Of a stretch of DNA of 38,191 nucleotides, positions 30,321 to 38,191 are shown piece by piece; the first letter of the stretch is position 1; the number at the start of each line of letters is the position of its first letter. The notes under the pieces are model-generated. The model did no database searches and was not told where the DNA came from. It saw only the letters and a list, made by a program, of their open reading frames with translations. Made by a program: the position numbers and the translations under genes. This DNA is from Octopus bimaculoides. Taxonomy: Eukaryota. The stretch spans positions 132,002,502 through 132,040,692 of the forward strand of contig NC_068981.1 of the NCBI RefSeq assembly GCF_001194135.2, given 5' to 3'.

Positions 30321-33164
30321 ATTATTTACTATTTGTTTTGGTCTTAACTCCATACCTCCTTTTGTAGTGTTAACATGGAATGTTGCATTATTGAGATTTG
30401 TGATTAACAGTGCAATTGCTCGTCAATCGTGCTTTTATTTCATTATCTGCCATTATATGTACATACAATGAAAAATTGACAAGACTCAAGACATCGAAAC
30501 TGGAATTTCTTTATATCAGTTATCAAAAACAAAACTGGATCTTTTCTATTTGGCTGCACCTGTGGAAATTTCAAAGTTTAACGAAAATTTTAAAATTTGG
30601 TGTATTAATGTAATTTTCCAAGCTGAATCTGAGAAGATATTTCACTTTTCTCAGAAATTATAAAAAAAAGTTATAGAGGTTTAAAGTTTGATAATTTTCA
30701 CCCAGTCAGAAAACAGGATTTGAAAGCTATCATTTTGTGCATGACAACATGTTTTCAATCATCATCATCATTTAACGTCTGTTTTCCATGCTGGCATATG
30801 TGAGTTGTCAAATGTAAACTAATGAAATATTGGCAGAAGTCTGCTTTATGCACGCCATACAACCCCTCATAACGTTTTTAATATTTGGAATTTTCAGAAA
30901 AGTTTTGCGAATTTGTATTCTTCACACAGAAATTCATATGATTATGCAAAAACCAAAACAAAAAATTGAGGGTGCATGGTTTAAAGCCTATTTAACTGTT
31001 ATTTTTAGCATATCTCACGACCATCTGAATGAGTAGAATATATTTGTCTACACATGTTCTCTTGCAGACAAAAGAGTTCTCATGCTTGGCTTGTTATATG
31101 GAAACAAGCATGAATGTGTCTGGCTTACGATTGGCTAAAATTACCCCAAATTTGCAAACTTTAAAAGCTATTAACTCTTTATTTATCGATGTATGGCGAA
31201 AATGAATTTCATGGCATTGATTAGTACATAAAACTACATCATTACACCGAATACGAAATCAATCCGAATAGAAATTGAAGAGATTGAAAATTGGCAACCA
31301 AACAGAAAGGATCCATAAAATCGTAATGTAAAACTAACAATGTTATTTCTCTTTGTTCGTGGTGATGGCGGCAACTATATCACTTATAATGATGATGCAT
31401 AAATATGCTGGGTTTTTACCCTAGTTGGGATTTTCCCCTCCAGAAGTGCACGTATGCGCATGCTCCTATAATCTTCACTCTTGTAAATGTCTATTATCAC
31501 TTTTCTTATTCGCAACGTGTCACATACGCTATGTGTTCATTCTTAAGGCTTTATTTATTTCTCTCGGTTTAATATGAAGTTTAACACTGATTTCTCATCT
31601 GCTAACTCTGTTTTTGTTTCACCACACTTCATTAACTTCATTTGCAACAGTTCTGCACACTTTTCAGTAATTTCGGAAACCATATATGCCAGAAATGTCA
31701 GAAATCTTGTCACCCCACCTCGTACGAACCTACATTGTTTTATTAACTTCAATCGTTTTTTTAATGAAGATGTTTGGTAAGTATGTATTTAATACGTTTT
31801 ATGAATGCCATCTATTTATATTTTATACAGTGGAGTGTACCTTTAGAATGCATTTTTGTTGTCATTCACCTTTATACGAAGATGTGAAAGTGATTCTCAT
31901 ATTGAAAAATACCAACCAGCTCCACGCCCCTCCGTCCAATATTGAAATAGTGCAACATTTTTGCTCCAATCTTTATTAAGAAGACAGAATTAGTTTACAT
32001 CCATATAATTCTTTATTCGCTATGCTGTGGTGTTCTATAAGTTTAACAATTTTGAACTCCTTTAATTAAAAAAAAAAAATTAAATTCTGCAGTTTGTCCG
32101 CCCTTTTACAATATTCACAGCACCCGGCTACGAAAAATATTGTTTTAAACGAACTTTAATGAGCTATTTTCGTTGTGGTTTAGCCTGAGTCAACTCTCAT
32201 CGAGCAGGCCTATAATCAAAGGTGTCCCAGTCAGAATAATTTCTCTAGTTTCGTTTTTAGTATAGACATAATCAACTTTTTTCTTTTTGCGAGAAGCGAG
32301 ATGCACAGGTAAAAAATAATTAAAGTTGATTTTGGAATTTTCTACGCGCGGGAATTTATACACGATTATGAAAATCATTTTTTTAAAAATCACAGTTTAA
32401 AATACGGATAGTCCGGATTTTTGGCTTTAATCCCAGCAATAGATTATTAAATGTGTTTGTGGAGAGAAAGACATTGAAAAAACATCAATACGTCAGACTG
32501 ACAAACTAACGAGGTAGGCATGAGGTGGTCGTGTGATGTTAAAAATAACAGTTAAATAGCCCTTAAATCACGCACGAGGCGTTACTATGCACACAAACGC
32601 TAAAATTTTCTGAAAATTCCGAAACAGAAAGTTATGAGGAGTTATATGGCGTGCTTAAAGCAGAATACCGCCAATTTTTCGTACAACAGTGTTGAATGTC
32701 TCCATCTTGTTTTTAAGATAACTGAATATGATTAAGGAAATGCTGCTATTTCAAGCCGGTCAATCGACCGCGTAGTTTTGCATTATGTCTGATGTGACTA
32801 CTATGTTTATTTGTTGACCTTCTTACATTAATATACTTAATGTCAGTCTGGTGAGTATGAACAACCCACCTAAAATCCTTCAACAGATGTTAGGTGTCAC
32901 AATGTTTTGACGATTTTACACAGAAATAAAGTCAAAAGTAAATTACAATAGTTCAAAAGGACGTAAACCTGAACGATAAGTTTTCTAAAGAAAAAAAAAT
33001 GCTTCAAATAAGTATTCTTGGAAAGACTTCCGCCCGTGCCCCCCCCCCAATTTTCTCCCAAATTTATTTATTTAAAAAAATTTCAGGTTCCTGAAAATTG
33101 CCAAAAATGGGCATTGTGAAATTCTCCCCTCTTTCCCCCAGCTTCTTCAATTTTGACTTTTATC

Positions 33165-33520
33165 CCCAACACTAACCCTAACTCCCCCTAACCGTAACCC
33201 TAACCCTTAAAACCCTCACCCTAACCCTAAAACCGTAATCGTAAGTGCAGAAATGTTTTAAAATTTTTGTCCGAATCATAATGTCCGTATTTTTCTGCAT
33301 ATTTAGTTAAAAAAAGGTAATTTTTCAGATTAACACTCGCACAATCTTCACTAGGGGGTTAGGGTTTTAGGGTCAGGGTTAGGGAATTCGGTCCGTAACC
33401 CTAACACCCCAGCGAAGATCGTGCGGGTGTTAATCTGAAAAATTACGAAAAAAAATTTTGCTGAAATTTTTGGAAATTTTTTTCAGAATCATAATCTCCG
33501 TATTTTTTTCGCATATTTTG
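33165..33520. repeat. Element with CCCTAA/TTAGGG-like runs, a 49-bp inverted repeat and a 44-bp direct repeat
   Basis: Degenerate aaccct run at about 33168-33240. Inverted arms at about 33319-33366 and 33398-33446. Direct repeat at about 33261-33304 and 33475-33519. Ends in a poly-A run at a gap. Confidence 0.75.
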
Positions 33521-33561
33521 AAACAATATGTCTGAAAAAAGTTAAAAAAAAAAAAAAAAAA

Positions 33562-33643
33562 NNNNNNNNNNNNNNNNNNNNNNNNNNNNNNNNNNNNNNN
33601 NNNNNNNNNNNNNNNNNNNNNNNNNNNNNNNNNNNNNNNNNNN
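33562..33643. other. Assembly gap (82 N)
   Basis: Read directly. Confidence 0.99.
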
Positions 33644-33677
33644 GAGATTTTTTTTTTATCTATCTCATAAAAGCGTC

Positions 33678-34022
33678 GAGACGCAATGGCCCAGTGGTTA
33701 GGGCAGCGGACTCGCGGTCATAGGATCGCGGTTTCGATTCCCAGACCGGGCGTTGTGAGTGTTTATTGAGCGAAAAACACCTAAAGCTCCACGAACCCTG
33801 CTGTACTAATTTACCACAACTTTATCTCTCTCTTACTTGTCGTTTCTGTTGTGCCTGTGTCACGCTGAATCTCCCCCGAGAACTACGTTAAGGGTACAAC
33901 GTATCTGTGGAGTGCTCAGTCACTTGCACGTTAATTTCACGAGCAGGCTGTTCCGTTGATTGGATCAACTGGAACCCTCGTCGTCGTAAGCGACGGAGTG
34001 CCAACCACCACCACCACCACCA
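33678..34022 (+). mobile_element. tRNA-derived SINE, second copy of the 20690-21072 family, with (CAC)n tail
   Basis: Colinear with 20690-21072 apart from two internal deletions. B-box-like GGTTTCGATTCC. Confidence 0.92.
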
Positions 34023-35285
34023 ATAAAACAACCAACTGAATGAATGAAAAAACAAATTTTGAATTTGAAATTAGAAAATAAGCTCATTTTAGAATGGTCT
34101 GAAAACATTCATCCCCAGTTTTCCCATATTTTTCCCTCAAAAGAAAACTCAGTTGAATGTTACTGGAAAAATTGCTAAGCGCAGAATTCAAGAGTATGAT
34201 GGGAGTACACAAAGTTCCCTTCCAGTTTACACATATTCATACATGAGGAAATTTTTTTTTATCGCGGGTGCGTGCATCCATCTACTGACTAACGCGGGTG
34301 CGCGCGTCAGGTCTACACTAATGCTTAATTCAATAATTTTCAAGCTTCAAAAAATGATGTCTCAAGTGGGGTGAAATGAGCCATGATTAATTTTAATTAC
34401 TTCTCTTCAACTCCATTGTACGTAGATCTATCTGGAAGAGATTCACTCCAGCAGTTCGTGAAGAAGCCGTGTTCATCTTTTTTATTATGTAATTTTGTCG
34501 AGTTTCGTTAATTTCATATCGTATGGCATTTTTCTATGATGCTCTTTCATTTTACCTAGATATTAAAAATTTTTGTTGTATTACTGATCTTTCTGATGTC
34601 TAAGGATGTGTGGCAGACGTAAAAAAAACAAAACCGAAGTGGGGTGCAGTTGACATTCTTTACGTGTATGAATCAGTTTTCAATTGTAATTCTGGAAAAT
34701 TGAAAAGGCAAATTCAGCTTACTCATTTTGCTCCAGATAAATTTGTCTTTCATCTTTTATATGCTGAAAGAGAACGGTGATAATCTTTTGAAATAGTGAT
34801 CAGATCATGTTATTATGTTTTTAATGCATTTAGAGAAGGTCATTTGCTTAGTTTATATAGTTCCGACTTACGAATAGAATAGAGTGGTGACATTTAGTAG
34901 GGATGACACGGAAGTTCCTCTTCGATTACTATCGCAAACAACAGTAGCTTTCTTCAACTGAATACACGTCGTTGATTGGCTGAAATTACCCAAATACAAC
35001 TCTAACATGAAATAACTTCTAGAATACCAATTTTGTCCAAAATGTTCAAAGTAAACCGTGTTCTGCAACGAAGTTGCAAACTGTTTAGTTAATTTTTTTT
35101 TAATTTGGGAGCCAAACTGAACAGATCCGGCAGTGAACAGGTAGTTGTAAAAGAAAATATATTTTGTCTCCGTCAAAAATGCAGTTAAAATTCCGCAGCA
35201 CCCACCCCCTTATCGAAATACTGACACCACCAAATTTCCAGGGCACCTCTTCATAACTTTCTGAAAAATACCTAATTTTTAAATA

Positions 35286-36192
35286 NNNNNNNNNNNNNNN
35301 NNNNNNNNNNNNNNNNNNNNNNNNNNNNNNNNNNNNNNNNNNNNNNNNNNNNNNNNNNNNNNNNNNNNNNNNNNNNNNNNNNNNNNNNNNNNNNNNNNNN
35401 NNNNNNNNNNNNNNNNNNNNNNNNNNNNNNNNNNNNNNNNNNNNNNNNNNNNNNNNNNNNNNNNNNNNNNNNNNNNNNNNNNNNNNNNNNNNNNNNNNNN
35501 NNNNNNNNNNNNNNNNNNNNNNNNNNNNNNNNNNNNNNNNNNNNNNNNNNNNNNNNNNNNNNNNNNNNNNNNNNNNNNNNNNNNNNNNNNNNNNNNNNNN
35601 NNNNNNNNNNNNNNNNNNNNNNNNNNNNNNNNNNNNNNNNNNNNNNNNNNNNNNNNNNNNNNNNNNNNNNNNNNNNNNNNNNNNNNNNNNNNNNNNNNNN
35701 NNNNNNNNNNNNNNNNNNNNNNNNNNNNNNNNNNNNNNNNNNNNNNNNNNNNNNNNNNNNNNNNNNNNNNNNNNNNNNNNNNNNNNNNNNNNNNNNNNNN
35801 NNNNNNNNNNNNNNNNNNNNNNNNNNNNNNNNNNNNNNNNNNNNNNNNNNNNNNNNNNNNNNNNNNNNNNNNNNNNNNNNNNNNNNNNNNNNNNNNNNNN
35901 NNNNNNNNNNNNNNNNNNNNNNNNNNNNNNNNNNNNNNNNNNNNNNNNNNNNNNNNNNNNNNNNNNNNNNNNNNNNNNNNNNNNNNNNNNNNNNNNNNNN
36001 NNNNNNNNNNNNNNNNNNNNNNNNNNNNNNNNNNNNNNNNNNNNNNNNNNNNNNNNNNNNNNNNNNNNNNNNNNNNNNNNNNNNNNNNNNNNNNNNNNNN
36101 NNNNNNNNNNNNNNNNNNNNNNNNNNNNNNNNNNNNNNNNNNNNNNNNNNNNNNNNNNNNNNNNNNNNNNNNNNNNNNNNNNNNNNNNNNNN
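35286..36192. other. Assembly gap (907 N)
   Basis: Read directly. Confidence 0.99.
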
Positions 36193-36919
36193 NTAATTAG
36201 ATTACGAATCTGAAAAAAAAAAAATCCTTTTGGTGGGGTTTACCCTCTTCTTTTCCGTAATTTTTCAGTCTTGATTTTCTTTTGAAAAAAATTTCAGATT
36301 CATGTTTTAAAAATCTTAGATTATGATTTTTCAAAATTATACGTCGCATAAGTACCCCCAAAATTTACACAGCTCCAAAGAAATTAAATCCACATTCCTA
36401 ACGCGAAAATTCAAATTATCATAAAATCTCTTTTGACTTGTTTTGTTCAAGTTTTCTTTCTACTTTACATATGTGCACTTATTTGAACAATTTACAGTGA
36501 ATGAATTTTTACTAAGTGTCCACCCATCAGCCCACTGTGGGTTGGGCGCTATATCTATGCATTTCTTTCAACCAACAAAAAATTCGCCCTTGACGCTACA
36601 CGAAAATAGTCTAAAATGTTAAATGGATTATGAGCAGTTATTTCTTCGCTCAACTATTTCAGATTCTCAAACTATTTTTCTTCTTTGGATGATCTGAAAA
36701 ATAATTGTTTCTGAATTAGGTACAAGGCCAGTAAATTTGAACGGAGGTGGGGTTAGTAAAAACTTCACTAGCAAATTATTGTATTGAACCAGGAAGGATA
36801 AAAGGCAAAATTTACTTTCGGGGTATTTCAACTCGGAAAGTAAACAGCCACAGCACCGAACCGCATTTTTCTTATCCAGCGTTCAAACGATTCTGCCTAT
36901 TATTTCGCTTCTTTAGAAA

Positions 36920-37010
36920 TTGTTATTCTTTACTCTCTGTACAAGGCCTGAAATTTGGGGAAGGGGTCCAGTCGATTACATTGACACCCACTACTCAACT
37001 GATAGTTTAT
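36920..37010 (-). mobile_element. SINE 3' tail fragment (family of 12568-12781)
   Basis: Reverse complement aaactatcagttgagtagtgggtgtcaatgtaatcgactggacccc...aggccttgtacagagagtaaaag matches about 12700-12780. Confidence 0.7.
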
Positions 37011-37894
37011 TAAATTTATTAAAAAAAAAAAATATTAGGGGCAAGTAACTCGACACAACTTGATTTTTGGTCACGATTGCGTCTCTTCGAAGTTGACTCA
37101 TTTGTAAGCTGTCGTCCGAAGAAGATAGGTACTGTTTGCAAAGGTAACCAGCCAAATTTTTTTTATATCCCATAAGCTCGATTTTACGACTTTACTCGTT
37201 TAATATTGCATGTACGAGTCAACGGAATCTTTGGTTCAACATAGTTCTAAATTTCAGCACCTCTTTTGTCAAGTGTAATATGCCGATCATATTTTACATG
37301 GACATGGTGTTTGTTCATTGACTAAAATATTTCGATTTTCAATGTATTGACAGAAAAAAGAATATTAATAACGAATAGTTTCTTATGTTCGGTGTTTTAG
37401 CCATCAAACTGTCGAGTCTAATCGTTAATTATTCATACACATGTATATGGCTAACGCAATCTTACGATTAGAGTCTTGAGTTAATTAGGACACCTCACCT
37501 GAAAATACATGTCATGTTAAAGAATTAACGGAAGTTTCGAGGTGATTTTCACGAAAATTGTCGGATTTTCTTGTATAGCATTTTAAGTATACAGTTTCCC
37601 TAATATTGCTATTGAAGTTTTCGACTTGATTTGATAACTTGCACATTTCCCTGTATCTCTTAGCGTAGTGACCTGTTTGACTTTTAACGTATTGAAAACT
37701 CATATGGGGCTTCCTTATAAAAGTTTTAAGAAATACTATGTAGGTTACACTTCTTTTAACATTAAAAAAAAAAGTGATGATTTTCGAATGATTCCTAAGG
37801 TATACTTGCGCAAAAGTACCCACGTTTGACTTTATTTCCTTATAACTTTGTCAGTATGTGTGTGTGCGAGCTCAACTCTTTTTTTAGGTATACC

Positions 37895-37934
37895 GGCCAT
37901 GACGAAGGGAAATAGCCCTGAAACTCGAGTCGCC
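37895..37934 (+). ncRNA. Hammerhead-like motif with variant core
   Basis: GGC CATGACGA AGGG AAATAG CCCT GAAA CTCGAG T C GCC. Stem I GGC/GCC, perfect 4-bp stem II, 8-bp palindromic stem III ACTCGAGT, GUC triplet. The core has one extra nucleotide relative to CTGACGA. Confidence 0.6.
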
Positions 37935-38191
37935 TTTATATATATATATTTATATTTATATATTTGATCCTTTATATTGAACACTCAATATTTCATCTAC
38001 ATTCAATACTTTCTTTCAGGGTGCCATCCATTTTTATGTTATTTTATTTTATATTGTATATTGTATATCATATTATATATTGTATATTCCATATTCTATA
38101 CCCCACATTAGTTCTGCAGGAATATAAATAAAACAAAAAACAGACAGTGTTGGAACTCTTTTAAGCAAAATAATATATATATATATATATA

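Noticed and set aside
33168-33240. True telomere or chromosome fusion site
   Set aside because: The run is short and degenerate and sits within transposon-like nested repeats.
36525-36555. GC-rich hairpin cccatcagcccactgtgggttggg as a Helitron 3' end
   Set aside because: No clear CTRR terminus and no linked helicase sequence nearby.

Overview
AT-rich eukaryotic genomic scaffold with three N-gaps. It is probably from an octopus, inferred from recalled SINE families, (CAT)n/(TACA)n microsatellites and repeat style. One spliced protein-coding gene is well supported: phytanoyl-CoA dioxygenase (PHYH) on the + strand, seven coding exons from 5505 to 22628, 936 nt, 311 aa. All six introns are GT-AG and the HxD...H iron triad is intact. 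The rest is a dense collection of decayed mobile elements: two Penelope-like pieces, a CRE-clade and a HERO-like restriction-endonuclease retrotransposon, mariner and Tc1 fragments, a Helitron helicase fragment, a piggyBac-type MITE, several SINEs (two with clear target-site duplications), an LTR-like insert and several foldback elements. The strongest leads are: (1) three minimal type-I hammerhead ribozyme motifs with palindromic stem III, one of them in the loop of a long inverted-repeat element flanked by 13-bp direct repeats; (2) a PHYH with no visible N-terminal PTS2 that ends in a PTS1-like -ANL; (3) CpG decay that differs between intragenic and extragenic copies of one SINE. Most ORF-track entries are microsatellite or repeat noise. 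Nothing here proves a new biological system; the hammerhead foldback element is the best candidate.
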